Shown: positions 1 through 14,100 of the stretch, one piece after another
Numbering within the stretch: the first letter of the stretch is position 1
Layout of the letters: every line of letters starts with the position of its first letter
Origin: Lingula anatina
Lineage: Eukaryota; Animalia; Brachiopoda
Direction: 5' to 3'
NCBI GenBank assembly: GCA_051362555.1
Contig: CM120646.1
Coordinates: 2,542,001 to 2,606,000 of the forward strand
DNA length: 64,000 nucleotides
The notes under the pieces: generated by a model
Seen by the model: only the letters and a program-made list of their open reading frames with translations
Database searches by the model: none
Told to the model about the DNA's origin: nothing
Made by a program: the position numbers and the translations under genes

Positions 1-344
1 TTTTCTACAAAATGAATGTTTTCAGTCCTTAAATTATTTGTAAAAATGTGACTGCATCTATACATTGAGCAAAACAGCAGGAAATGGAACATTAGCGCAT
101 CTTGTTTTTTTTTAATTGCAACTCAACCGTGGACACTGATGAAGATGTAAAAAGGGATGGTGTGATAATTATCAATTTTTATGTTCAGATTCATTCATTT
201 ATCAACATTATTTTATGTTCAGATCCTTTCACATCTTTCAGACAATACGGTAACCTATCATCAGCTCACAATACTAAACCATTATATTACGTAAAATATT
301 TTGAAAGTTTGCCCTCGGAACGACTCTTATGGGCATTTTAAAGT

Positions 345-1760
345 TTATTTTAGTACAGTTTTGTGTTAAGTGTATGTAAGTGTCATGCTTTACTAATATT
401 TATCTATTTCTATTGCCTCAGGTGGACCTGCCACAAGGTGTGTCCGAGGAATCACATTCACTGAATGGGGGCTTTAAAAGAAGACGTATGTTGCTAAAAT
501 GTAAAAAATGAGCTTGCAATGATATTTTTCTTATAAGTTATATTAATTCAGCATCTGTGCATACGTAGATCTAGTCCAGACAGATACGGTTTAGGTTTCG
601 AACCGCATATAGAACTTGGTCAAAAATAATTTTTCGTTCTTAGTATATATGCCAAGCTTTTTTCAGATTTTAGTTTATACAATAATCAGAAATAAACCAC
701 GTCCCTTTTTTGCAAACGACAAATTAAAAATAGGACAGAATAAAATTTTATAGGAAACAAACACTGACAAAAATACAATGTACACATGTAGGAAGAGAAA
801 CCCGCCTCCTTCACAGTGTGAAGGGATCAGAGGTCAGAATTCTGTGTCCTTTATTGAATGCGTGTCTTAGGTCCCCCGTTCTTAGGAAAGCATGTCCTCT
901 GACACAAGCTCCTGGAACTAAAAGTTCTGCAGAAAGAGTTCGATGTCTTAGTTGGAGATATTTTCGCAACTAGACTATAGTAATAGTTGTTTTGTAGGAG
1001 AAATAGTTTAGGATTCTGTTAACGCGATTTAACGTGAGATAACGCTCTTTATAATTACTCGCATAGCCCAGTTTTCACTTTATTCGGCTTAATTAAGATT
1101 TTGAAATAAACGAAAGAGAGCCTTCAAATTTAAACTTTCACTTTATTTCAAATAACTATGGACAACATATATTCACCATTCACATTAAAATATCTCGACA
1201 TAACAGACCAGAATTGATAGCTAAAATATATGGCAGTCACAACACATTATTGTTTTTCAAAAAAAAAAAAAAAAAAAAGAGATAAGCATGTCAGGAAAGA
1301 TTACAGTTTCATACCTCATAATAACGTGTACCTATGATCAGCCCACAATACTTAGCCATTACTGTTGTGTAAATTTAAAGGTGTTAAACCTTTAGGCTAA
1401 GTATCCCCAAAAGTTTGAAAAATTGCCCTGGAACCAATCCTCTGGGTATCTGTCAAGTTAATTTAGTGCAGTTTTTGTTAAGTGCATCTTAATGTCATAC
1501 TTTACCAACATTTATCAATTTTAGATTGCCCTAAGTGGGCCTGTCACAAGAAGATATGTGCGACAAATCATATTCAGTGAGTAGGAGCTTAAAAAGAAGA
1601 CGCATTTAGCCAGAACTTGGACCTAACTCTCTATTTAGGTCCAAGGCCAGAATAAATGTACAGACATAGTTTAATCTGTAATGATAATTTCCTTTCAATA
1701 CCTTAATACTGGCTTTAGGTTTATTTGTTATCAATACAGCATCTATGCAAACGTACGTCT
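345..1760 (+). repeat. Diverged ~220-bp direct repeat (about 345-570 and 1460-1760)
   Basis: tttagt(a/g)cagttt...gtcat(g/a)cttta...aaaagaagacg...cagcatct(g/a)tgca present in both copies. Confidence 0.75.
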
Positions 1761-2450
1761 CCACTCTGGTCCTTAGATCAAATTCGGTCCTTTAGCTTTA
1801 AATTGTTTCTGAGAGGTTCTGTTCTGTTCCTGCACCTGTGAATGTCCATCATACCTTGATCGTACGTGTTCCCAAATTTTTCAGCTGTCTTTATTTGGAA
1901 ACCTGCTAGTATGACGTCCAAGGGAAGGGGGTTACATGTAGGCAAGATACGTGTAGTTTAGCAACCAAATTAACGGTCATTTGGTTGATCCGCAAGATCA
2001 GCAGGCTAACTAGGTGATATTTTACAGCGTGAATTGGAAAATATAAATTGCAGAATAACCCTGTGTTCCAAGAATATCGCTTATAATTATTTATTCCCTT
2101 TATTCTACCACCCTACCGAGATCCGAAAGATGAGGAGAGACCGCAGGCCCAGTTTTGGAAAGATGTCAGGTCAGGTCACAAAATGACTTATATGGCATCT
2201 CAGGCCACAAAAAATATGGATTTACAGGTCAGTGAGTTTAACCTAAGAAATATTCCCCTCTCCGAGAAAACTCCAGGTATACGTTCACCCTGTTTCCTTC
2301 GTGTCCTTATTATAATTTTTGTCGTGTTCCTTATTTTTTGTAGCACCCTTATGCGTTCCAGGTAGAAATCTTAGTTTTAGTTGGTTCAATAAAGCATGGT
2401 TTCTAACCTGCGTGGAATTTTACTTTCATAAAAAGTAGAATGTTACTCTG

Positions 2451-2617
2451 CAGGCCCGTAGCCAGCAATTTCAAGTGGGGGGTTCGTTTTCTGAAAAAGT
2501 GGACCTTTTACCATAGAACCTTCATGTACCTAAATCAAATTTTATCCAAAGTGGACCTTTCTCTAGCAAAAAGGGCGGTTCTTTCGAACCCCCCGAACCC
2601 CCCTGGCTACGGGCCTG
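2451..2617. mobile_element. MITE, 15-bp TIR, 5-bp TSD
   Basis: caggcccgtagccag...ctggctacgggcctg flanked by CTCTG on both sides. Confidence 0.88.
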
Positions 2618-5600
2618 CTCTGTATATTTCACGAATATCACGGCCGTACACGACGATCTTCTTTTCGCTTTGCCTTAAAACATAAACCACTTACGTTGGC
2701 TCGGAAAACTTACGCGGTAAGGAGATATTTTGTAATTATGAACTCTTTCATTGTGGGTTTTACACTTATACCCCTGTTGAGTATTGTTTAAATGCAACAG
2801 AAAATATTTTTCCTTTTTCCAATTATTACTTGGCTGCTCTTCATTACGATGAAAATAGTAAAAGAAGGCAGTAACAGAAAATGGGCAACCAAGATGGTCA
2901 GTCAGTTTTCCAAAGTATAAGAATGATGGTTACACAGTCAGAAATAAAACACACACACACACAGAAACACACACACACTCACACACACACACACACACAC
3001 ACATTATCTATGTAAAATGTTCAGATTCAATTAAAGAAATATCGTATCTGCATGTCTACAGTACTGGGTAACAACATCTTGTGTGCACGCTTTTCGCTTA
3101 GAAAAAACATAACATTTTGCTTCACATTCACAAAGTTCGTAAAATGTTACCCTAAAACAAAAATCATTAGGAAAGAGTACACTTACAGCTGTAACTCCAC
3201 AGTGCTGGGAAAGCAAGCTGCGATCCTAAATCACCTGTTAAACAGCGACATGAAAGCGTTTTTCGTACGTTACACGCCAAAAAGTGGGGACCGGATATAA
3301 TTTATTTAATAAGTCTTATTTAATATTTATGTGACCGGGTCATTACGCCATCAGTGGAAATTTCCATTATTTAGAAACACTATTGAGAAAAGAAACTACA
3401 CACTAGCTGTGATTTCGCTGTCGTGCGAGTCTGAAGGAAATAAAACAGGATTGGGTCATAACATCTGTGATTACACCCTCAGATTATAGGATTTCCTTAA
3501 ACATTGTTGTGAAATGTGAAGAATGAAAAACAGAGTGTATTTCAGGTATCTAAATCCCAAAATTGAACGATTTGCATAGATCACGTTTATGGGAGATACT
3601 TTGTACACCTGTACTAAAGTTGAAAACGGAAACGATTGTAACTGACAACAACCCATCAAAATTGCGACGAAGAGCAATTTTTGATTTTCTCTAGCGTGCG
3701 TAAATAATCTCTGGCATTACAAAAAACATGACAATACTTTTCTGACTGGTATGTCTGTATCCCACATTTAAGCATTGTTTTAATGTCATTTTAGGCTAAG
3801 AATTAAAAAGTTTAAAATACACAGCAATGTTTTGAAACAGAAAAAAAATGTTCATAATAAGACAAATCCACCCCCTTTCACATGAAAGCACTCCTACTGT
3901 AATCCAGCACATAGGAATATTAAAAAAGACTATCGAAGATGGTAGCCATTGTTGTTAGTGGCCCTGACACACCCCCGCACCCGCCACTGTCAATAGCCTC
4001 AACACCACCGCACCACTTGAGGATAAACCACGTAACGTTACTTTCTGAAAGAATAAAATATAAAAACCCTAATCAATTTCATTAAGCTCATTTAAAATAA
4101 AGTATTATATATATTCTATCGGAAGAGAACTTATATTGCCGAGACACAGCGGGGAACAGTGTGGATCAGTCTCATCAATCATCAACTTATAGAGACGCAA
4201 CAGCGAACCACACATTGGGAAGTCGGTCGACAGTCTAGTGATGGACAGTCAAAAGGCACTTGCGCGAGAAAAGGGATGACGCTCTCCCAACTTTGCATTT
4301 CTCTTCAATATAATCGGTATCTTCTAAAGATGTACTTCTAAAGATGTACTCAAGGGATGATTATTTAGTTGCTTAATTAAATCTTCAATGGCTTTTTTTA
4401 TAATTAAAAGAACTATGTTGGCATTGGAGAATAATATTGAATCAATACAATACATCATGAGTAGTCATGGTGGTGAATTGTGGTAGGTGTGACAAGAGTT
4501 CCATTGTGCTTTGGTAGTGTAGGAACAATAGAGGCTGTCCGGGTTCTCAACGAGAAGACCAAGTTTCCCCGTGATTTTACGAGATCTGCCTTGAGGTGGG
4601 GTTAGAATATGGAGTCCACAAGGAAGTAGAGCAGCGATTTCTTTACTTGAAAAATAGCTGAACTTACACATTGGATGGATGCCTTATCAGAACATTAGAC
4701 TTGCCTGCATCTTTGATTTAATTTCACTAAATTTATAGTAACTAATTCAAAAGGCTCGAGTTTGATCATAAAGTTAATTTTCTTCATTTATTTACTTATG
4801 AAAATGATGCTAATAGAAACTAATGGATAGCGTTCACAAAATGTAAGTTTCATTGTGATCAGATCCGACTTAAATGACAGGAAAGATGACAAAAGAAAGT
4901 ATTAAAATGGACAACATATAAGTTGAAATTTTCACAAAATCATTGCATTTTATTGACAGTTATACACAAATGCAACAAATAAACACATCACAGGCGAACT
5001 TGTATTTGTGATCTGAGTAAATGATATGAAAAACAGGTGTCATATAGTTATTAAAAAAAGTCACTACAGTAACATAAGAATGATACTAGCAAGTAAAATC
5101 ATTTTCTTCATTAAATCACTAGTGCAGTACAATACATAGGCCTATATACATATATATATTCATAAAACCAAATATTTCATTTTAAAGTAATAAAGAAAAT
5201 GCCTGATACTGTAAGTGACAGCCAGAAAAAAATGCCATCTGTTGACTCCTGATATAATTAAGAAAACAACATAATAACTAAGGACATAAGAGATTAATAT
5301 ACACTGAGCAATCTTCAACATCTGATTATCCTGACCACATGACTCTCGCAGTTCTTGACTGGTTCAATAACATGTGCTGTGTCTGCCATGCTCTAAAATA
5401 AATAAAAAATAACTCACTTAGTTTTCTGAAATATATATCATTATGTGATAAACGTTGTTGTAAAATACCAACTCTAATTTCCACCTTACTTGCAAATTGC
5501 AATTATCATAACTGACCACCCGGCATGGAATGTTACAACTGAACATTGTGTATACTTAATAGGTGTGGAAGGTTCACCAGTATTTCATAATCAGGTACAC

Positions 5601-6916
5601 GTTATATGGAGATAGGAATGGTACAAGCAAATTTGTCTGATATAGTTACCGTAAAAGACTATTAATCACAAGTACTAGGGCTGTATTACATTAATAAACC
5701 ATGGTGTCCTGTAAACTACACACAAAACTTACATGTACTTATTAATATGCCCCTCGACCGTTGATGATACGGTCTGTACGGTGATGCCATGGAGCCAGTG
5801 ACGTGCAGGGTGCGAGTTGTCTGCAGTTGGTCCCTTTCTTTCTACAAAATACTGCGACCTGATCTGTACTTAAAATATTTCGGCATTTAGTCCTTTTAAT
5901 CTAATCAAGCCCAACTTCTCTTTCTTCACTTCACTTCTCTCGCCAGTCGTGTCCGTCATCCATAGTCATTTTCCTGGTTTTCTCGCTTTACTTTATCTGC
6001 AATGCACCCTACGACACAACATTAGCAATTCGCCATTGCGTTGCTCTATCTCAAATTACATGACAACGCCAAATTTTACTCAATGCAATCCTAAAACATA
6101 GACTTGTGCCTGACCGCGAGAGAAGTTTCAATGGCAGATTTTAACCCCACCTCTCGTGAAATCTCGCTCCAATCCAGGTCTCGTTTGACGTCATCTGCTG
6201 CGCAGATGTTCAAAATAGGCTATCCCGGACATCTCCTATTTCAGTGCCATAATCACAATGTCTAAATATTTTGGACATTTGATATTTCTACATTATTCAT
6301 TGATATTTTCAATCCATACTTTAATGAAAGAAATCCTCCCAGGAAATCGTCCTCTATATCACAAAATAAATGTATAATATATACTATTGACCATCAACCA
6401 ACCAAGTTCCTCCGTAGTAATGTATGAATCACCATACCAGTGTGATTGTTTCAAGTTTAAATAATTCGGAGAGGGAAAAGCCCAATGTACGAATAGCAGA
6501 ATGTCTTTGTTTTCGACCTGTCGATGAAAATTATGGGTAAAGTAATATATTAATGGGTAGAATAAAAAGTTGATAAGTAAAAATCACCCATATCAAACCG
6601 TTGTACATGTCTTCTAATAAGAGTGTTTCATGTATGAGGTAAAATATCTGATGATAAAATAAATCAATTGGAAAGAAACAACAGTGACAATGAGGCCAAA
6701 GACAATCAATTATCCCAGCTTCGGGCTGAGCATAACCTAGATGTGACCTCACCCATGAGGAACCAAAGGATGTGAATCATATACTGTATCAAACTGTCAC
6801 AGAGCAGGAAGGATGTGTCGCGGTCTTCATACACACACAGACAGATCTCAATAAGTCGAAAACTATGGAGCAATAATGTAATATTATTCACTTAAAATAG
6901 ACGAAAACAATGAAGC

Positions 6917-6997
6917 AATAATATAATATAATATAATATAATATAATATAATATAATATAATATAATATAATATAATATAATATAATATAATATAAT
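6917..6997. repeat. (AATAT)n microsatellite
   Basis: Perfect pentamer run. Confidence 0.95.
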
Positions 6998-7666
6998 TCA
7001 CTTAACAAGTTCAATATTAAAAAAAATTGAAAAGGTTGATTTTGACTAAGGCACTACGTTTTCGCCTTCGACCGTTCAGGCACAGTCAATCAAAACATAC
7101 GCTTAAATAAAGGAATTGAAACTCATAATTATGAAAAAAAGTTAAAACAATTTTCAAAAGAACTGACTGAAGAAGACAGTCTGAGCAAGGAAAGTTCGTA
7201 TTGGTTTACATAAGGGAAACTTGATAATGCTGATGTTATCTAAACGCTTGGGGAATTCCCTTTTTCATTTAAAATAAAAACTGCTCTATGCTTGCACTAC
7301 GTCTTCCAGTAATTCCCGCTTTCCTCGCATCCAAAAAAAAAAAAAAAAAAAAAATAGAATTAAAAAACTGTTTGCATTTCTTTGTACGTTTCTGACTGAT
7401 TACTTTTAAATGGGTCCAATGGTTTTCTAGTACTTTGGTGCTTTTGATTTCAAGAGCAATGTTTATAATACATAATATTATTTTTCATAAAGAGGACGCC
7501 ATCATTAACCTATTATGGGAATTCTTTTACCAAATATAATTATTCTAAAAATAGTTCTTATAGTGCAATTTGGTTCTTGTAGTGCAATTAAGTGCGTGGC
7601 GCAATTAAGGACAACTTAATTCGTACAGTTAATTTTCTTATACATTATGTGAGGATTATTCATGTA

Positions 7667-8133
7667 TTAAACGAGTTGGTAAATGCCATTTCCATAGTAA
7701 CAGTATTTCATCAACGCCTCAAGCTCCCTGTTGATCCCAAATTCACTGGGTTTCACGTAAAGGATCTTCAGGTTGTCAGAGGCGTAACACTCAAGCTTTA
7801 TCGGACGTATATTACCCAGTGCAGATGGGCATATGCCTGGCAAAGCTTCGGCAATAAGACGCTGGTGTTCTTCCGCGGACGTTTCACACGCTTCAATCTC
7901 CCCGGTGCCATCATTGCTGCCTTCTCTTCCATTTTGGATCCCAAATTCAATGGCTTTCAAGCAGAAGATCACTAAGTTTTCAGAGACGTAACCCTTCAAC
8001 TTCAGCGGACGTAATTTTCCAGTGCAGAATGGCAGATGACTGGCAGACGCTACGGCAGTAAAATGCTGGTATTCTTCCGCGGACATTTCACACACTTTGC
8101 GCACCTCTTCTGCATTGTGTTGCTCAATTATTT
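7667..8133 (-). CDS. Probable terminal exon of the ANK-DD gene, with an internally duplicated unknown module
   Basis: Strong acceptor ttttttctccctgtag at 8134. The phase-1 join gives ...ELVKTA-E-IIEQH, completing the last death-domain helix, and continues into the 145-aa ORF. Confidence 0.65.
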
Positions 8134-11100
8134 CTACAGGGAGAAAAAAACTTCAGACAATACGATAACGAACTTTTCTAGTGACCTTTTTTATCATTAT
8201 TTTAAAAAGCCATGGTTAGATCTTTGCGGAACCAAAAGTACATAACAAAACACAGGGCAGCAAAGCTATCCAATTAACAGACAAAAAGCAGAAAATAAAG
8301 ATGCAGAAAATAGGTAATTTTGTCAATTTTGACACCATATTAAATAATGCTTATAACAGTACAGTTAATTATATTTTCATTATGTATAACAGGTAACATT
8401 GTCAAAAAGATTACAGTTTTAGGACCATGGTAGTTCAAATTCACATAATGAAATTCCCAATAAGTGAAAAATTATGACAGTGCATGAAATAATATTACAT
8501 AATGTTTAACGACATAAACACTAATAGTATTGCTTTTGTGGAAATACAGAAAATGTACAGAGCCATAGGTAGATGGGAGTTTAAAATCACTGCAGTATTA
8601 ACATGATATGAATAACCCAAACGAGGTTGGGGATTGTTAGACACTGCTCTACAACTATAGCATTAATGTTGGCATTACACAAAATGTTTTTTCTTTTGTA
8701 AACTTACAGGGTTAAGAGTTAATATGGAATATTTTTCTATCATTGTTATTTTTGAGTGCAGATTAATTTTGTTCTGGTTTTATTCATCAAAAATTATGTC
8801 ATTGAGTGATAAAAATATTCATTGTTCTATTGTGAGATATTTTGATCAATAATGTGAAAGTTTGCTTTATTTCATTAATATGACTTTTTTATTTTAATAT
8901 TTTATAGTTTTTTTTATTTTCCGATAGCCAGTTTATATGCATACTAATAAAGTAACAAAAACATTACGGCTTCCATAGTTTTTTCATTTATTTTATTATG
9001 TGTATTTTTCTTCTAGTAAACGCAAGTTTTTTACATGTATTAACGCATCCTTTTGGCGTACTCCTAGTACACAATATGTATGAGCCTGTTTTGCCCGATA
9101 TTTTTAACTATATAGGGTACCATCCAAGGCGACTGTTCTTCAAATGAGGGAAAATCACTTTACACAAAACACAGGATCTCCGTTCTAAGATTAATTTTTC
9201 GGTGTACACTCGCAGAAATTGAAAAATTTCTTGGGTACTCTTGGATAGTATGGACTAAGAATTTAAGACAAATCAAGGCAGTTTAGAATTTGAAAAATGC
9301 AATATATAATTTTCTGTAATATTCCTTTGCTACCGGTATATTGGCGCTTTGACGCTTACAACACACAGAAAAGTGTTCTAAGCGTAATGATCACCGAATA
9401 TATAGACATTAAAAACACTAAGGCAAATGTTGCTATGACAAGTAATATAGGGAAGGGGGGGGGGGGGGGGGGGGCTACGGTCATTTCAAATGTAGGACTC
9501 GAATCCAAGGATGTAACAGGCCGATTCTTCAATAATATTTACTTTACGGACATGTGCGATAACCACTGCAAAGACGAACTGAATTTTGCAAGGCACTTAT
9601 TTATAGAAGGATTTCCATATACATTAATAAGTATATCATTTAACCGTATTATAAGAATAGGACTTTCAAATGGCCGGGCTTACATTACTGTCATAGGTGT
9701 AACATGAATAAAGGTCTGCCAGTAATGCAAGTCCTAGCTACTATAATTATGAGCCAGGAACCTAAATCCCAGTAGAACTGTAACACAACAGAGAGTCCTA
9801 CGTACCCTTTCAGGCGGACGTTACATTTTAAAATTGATTTTTTAATCCTAGTGTCCGTGGAACATTGTATTTTGAAACGTATGGTCCCCGGACCTCCAAT
9901 TTTAAAATGGAGGGACAGCTTTGAAAATCCAAGTCCTTTTAGAATGCCCTTTGTATAGACATTGTCAATCATGAAAAAGAAATATACGTTCGTTTTTCTT
10001 TAATGTTGTGAAAAAAAACATTACGGATACAAAAAACACAAGAAAAAAGAATTTAAACGAAAAATGATTTATTCCTTTCTTATAAAACCCAAGTTGTATT
10101 GATTACGATTGGTGATTAATGTGCCCTACCTTGGTCAGCAGGCTGTATTCTGTAATATAAAGCTTTCTATTAAGGCATATATTTAAACTTTAAACTTTTC
10201 CAACCTGAGAACTACCTCCCTTGCCCTGGCCTACTCCACTGCAGAATATTGCGCCCCTGTGTGGTGCAGAAGTAGCCATACAAAGACAATTGATACAGCC
10301 ATAAATAACAGCATGAGGCTTATCACAGGATAGCAGAGATCAACACCAAAACCATATCTCCCGGTACTAAGCGTCATACTTTCCTCAGATATGAGATATC
10401 AGGCATGATCAACGCTGTCTCCAACTGGTCAACAGAGCACATGAGCCAGGACATCTACTGTACCAGCAACTCCGGCAAGATGAGGAAAATACCAGGCTTT
10501 CCTCAAGGGCTCCATTGATTCCATACTTGCGAGAGTTAGAGGAGAACCAAAATGAAATGTCAACAGAGACATGGGGAATGGTGAAATGGCAGGAGGAATG
10601 GGATGTCCTCCAAAGTGGCAGACTGTATGTATGACTTCATTCCTGAAGTGAGCGCCCGACCACCTGGCCATGAACTGGGTTGGCTATCATGGACTCGACT
10701 GAACCGCATCAGAACAGGTCATGACCGTTTCTGTGCTAACATGTTTGAATGGGGGCTCTGTCAATCTCCAGCATGCAGTCAACCACATCGTAGAGACTTG
10801 TCAGCTGCATCATTGCCCAGGGCTGGACTCATTTAAGTGGTTAGAAGAAAGAGCTCAAGTCTGACTTTAGAATGCCACAATATATATATGCGTATTTCCT
10901 TTTTCATCTAGGTAATGTACACTCAAGAATCTAAAGTCAAAGGAATACATATATATATTGAAACTACAGGCACTTTGATAACATATTTAGAAGACATAGT
11001 TCAGAGTTAATTTCACTATTACATATGCATTAGCCCAAGTATATATAAGACAGATATATGTATCAGGGGGATTAAAGTTGATACACTATGGCTTCCCGGC

Positions 11101-14100
11101 CGAAACAGCTGTGTATATATTGTATCTTAGATCTTTTTATTTCCCACTATACATTTTGGCAAAGTTACATAGTAAACATTTGTTCTTTTGGCAGTGCGAG
11201 TGTAAGGTTTGCTGTGTTTGTTGTGTTAGCTATGATTGTGTTCGGTGTGTATCGTGTATGTTCGTATGTGTACGTGGAGGTCAAGGGTTGAAAGACCGCG
11301 CCCCATAAAATTTGATTTCCACCTGAGAGTCGGACGGAGATGCAGGTTGAATAACTGAAATAGGTATTCCAGTGAGTTTGCAGATATTTGGAGATATTTG
11401 GAGATATTTGCAGATATTTGTACAATAACAATAAAGAAACATCAACCCGAGCTATCGGTCTGTTACATTTGGCGCCCGAACAGGGACTTGACTACAAATC
11501 GATATCTGCAAGAGTCACGGCCTGTTAAGAGAGATATTTTCGTCCGTCCTCCAAGGGTCCCCACTGCCCCGTATAATACGGTCCAGAGAAGAGGGATACT
11601 GTCTTTATCTCCGCCAAGGATTCCCGCTGCCCCGTATAACACGGTCCAAAGAAGAGGGATACTTTCTTTCTCTCCGCCAAGGATTCCCGCTGCCCCGTAT
11701 AACACGGTCCAGTGAAGAGGGATTTTTTTACTTGCTGTCCGGTAAAACACCGATCAGTATATTCAGATGATGTGGTGATGGCCATGGACGAGTTGTCGTC
11801 GATCTAATGCTGTGCGTCTGTGACTGTGCCCGATTCGCATAGGTCTACGTGGACAGCTACGAGTTGATAGTTGAGGATTTGGTTGCTTGGTTTGGCGTAA
11901 TTGTCGAACTTTACATTGACTGCAGTGTACATATTTTGCCTAGGCTGTATATATTTCATTTGACTGTGGACTTTAATATTTTTTTTTACCGATATTCAGA
12001 CATTGATATTGAACTTTTCTGATTGCACTGTTGCATAAAATTGGACTACTATTCACATTGACTATTGGATTTGTCCATATAAAGACTTTTGATTAACTAA
12101 TTTAATACCTGTACATATTTTTTTTATCAGTAATTTGTACATTTGAGGCTAGGTATAATACAAACAGAACGTTGGTAGTATTTTTATTTTCATCTAACAC
12201 GTTGGTTTGTTGATTACCAGGCTTAGTAGGAGTTCTTTAAAGTAATGAATACCAAATAATTTATTTATTTTTTCTTATCAATTTGATTCTTTACAGTAGT
12301 TCGACTAATTTTCTTATTTTTTTTTTCAGACAGTTCTAAAAACACCAATTTTAGATCATAGTTGGCGATATCTCAGACTATTGGATTGGTTCTAATTAGT
12401 GCACTAGGTCTATATAAAGACACGGAGTCTTATGGTCCTATATATCCAGCAGATTCTCTCAGGTAAGTGATATTTATTTAGGGATTTTTTTCTTGCCTGG
12501 GGGAAAGGGGGCCTACATTTCACCCGATGTGTGAGTTTTGAATGTGTTTTCAACTGATTATGAATATGTTGTGTTGATATTGATATGATGGTGTGAAATC
12601 ATGACTGTGAATTGATGTTATTGATATGTAATTGACAATGAATAAATAAACATTTTTTTTTTACTATTGTGTTGTTATTATTCATGAATGAATGTGATGT
12701 ATATATATTAGCTAGCATCAGGCATAAACGTTTTTGAGAATGGCCTACCCATCGTCTTTATTAAGGTCAAGAAGCATTGTCATTACTGGACTGCCTGAAC
12801 AAATTACAGATTCTGAATTGAAAGACTTTTTAAAATTCCATCTGGTATCAGAGTTTACAATAGAATACATCCATAGACCTGACACAATATTGGGTGCAAT
12901 ATTTGTAGTATTTGAAGATGTCGCTTTAGCGACAGAAGCCATTGATATTCTTGATAAAAGAAAATATGATGGTCAAACAGTTGACGTGAAGAAAATAAAC
13001 AAAAGTATGGAAAGGGATATACTGGATGCACTAGAAACTAAAGAATCAAAACTGTCTGAAGTGATAGGTATGATAAAGTCGTTACCGGCTGATGATATTG
13101 TGAAAGTTTACGAGGAAGTAAAAAGTTTGTTGCCCAAATCATCAAAACCAAAGTTTCCAGCAAATAGTACCCCGAAAAGAACCCCAATTTTTAGAATACA
13201 AAAAGGCAGCACCCCAAGAAGGTTACTACCAAAGATCCCAACTTTTTCAACATCAGGGTCAGAACTCGTTTCATATACACATCCGCCCCGTCTACCTCTT
13301 TTTTCCGGGGATTCCAAGGATGCTAGCTTTAAGCAGTGGTTGTTTGAAGTCAAAGCTCTTCGACGTGACGGTATTTATTCCGATGCCGTTTTATTACATG
13401 CGATCAGAAGGTCACTCAAAAGTCCTGCGTCTGATGTTTTATATCACCTTGGTGATGTAAAAGAAATTGACCGAGTTTTGGAGAAATTTGAACAGGTTTT
13501 TGGTGATGTGTTGTCATCAGGGGCAATATTACAGCAATTTCATTCTTCTAAACAGCATGATTCTGAGAGTATTGCAGCATGGGCCTGTAGACTGGAAAGT
13601 TTAGTTGCGCAATTACTCTCCATCAATCCACCGGCAGTAACAGACACTGGTGCAAAGTCCATGTTGCGTTTGAAATTTTATTCCGGGCTTAATTCTAACA
13701 CTACCAGGCATCTATTAAAAAATAAATTTGATGGTGGTGCCACATTCGAAGAATTACTGGTGGAAGGAAGAACAATAGAGATGGAGGAAAAAGAAAGATT
13801 TCATCTCGATGCAGCTGTATCTGACATGCGTTCTGGTGGCTTAATGAAAGCAATCGATTCTTTAAGTCGTAGGTTAAGTGGGTTGGAAACCAGTATAGGA
13901 CGGCGTAATCGAGAGTACTCAGCCAGTAGAAATGGTACTGGTACTGCTCGAGGGGCCACTGGAAATGATTCCAGTCGGAGATCTTTTTCTGGCGAGTGTT
14001 GGAAGTGTGGAATGATTGGTCATAGGCAGTCGGAGTGTCCAACTTTAAACTTGAACCAGTCTGTGAGAGGGGGCACTCAGCAGACGCTCAACCCAAACGC

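Noticed and set aside
5290-5970. Minus-strand exon-like segments with donor and acceptor sites
   Set aside because: Frames are interrupted by stops and no recognisable protein emerges
7592-7975. 127-aa plus-strand ORF
   Set aside because: Antisense shadow of the minus-strand exon at 7667-8133, which has the splice support
9297-9972. 136-aa and 93-aa ORFs
   Set aside because: No recognisable motifs, includes a poly-G run, and no splice support
11078-11785. Overlapping short ORFs on both strands, repeated at 17725-18174
   Set aside because: They arise from LTR sequence and the 63-bp tandem repeat
12330-12468. Acceptor and donor pair inside the Gypsy leader
   Set aside because: Possible spliced leader exon, but supported by motifs only
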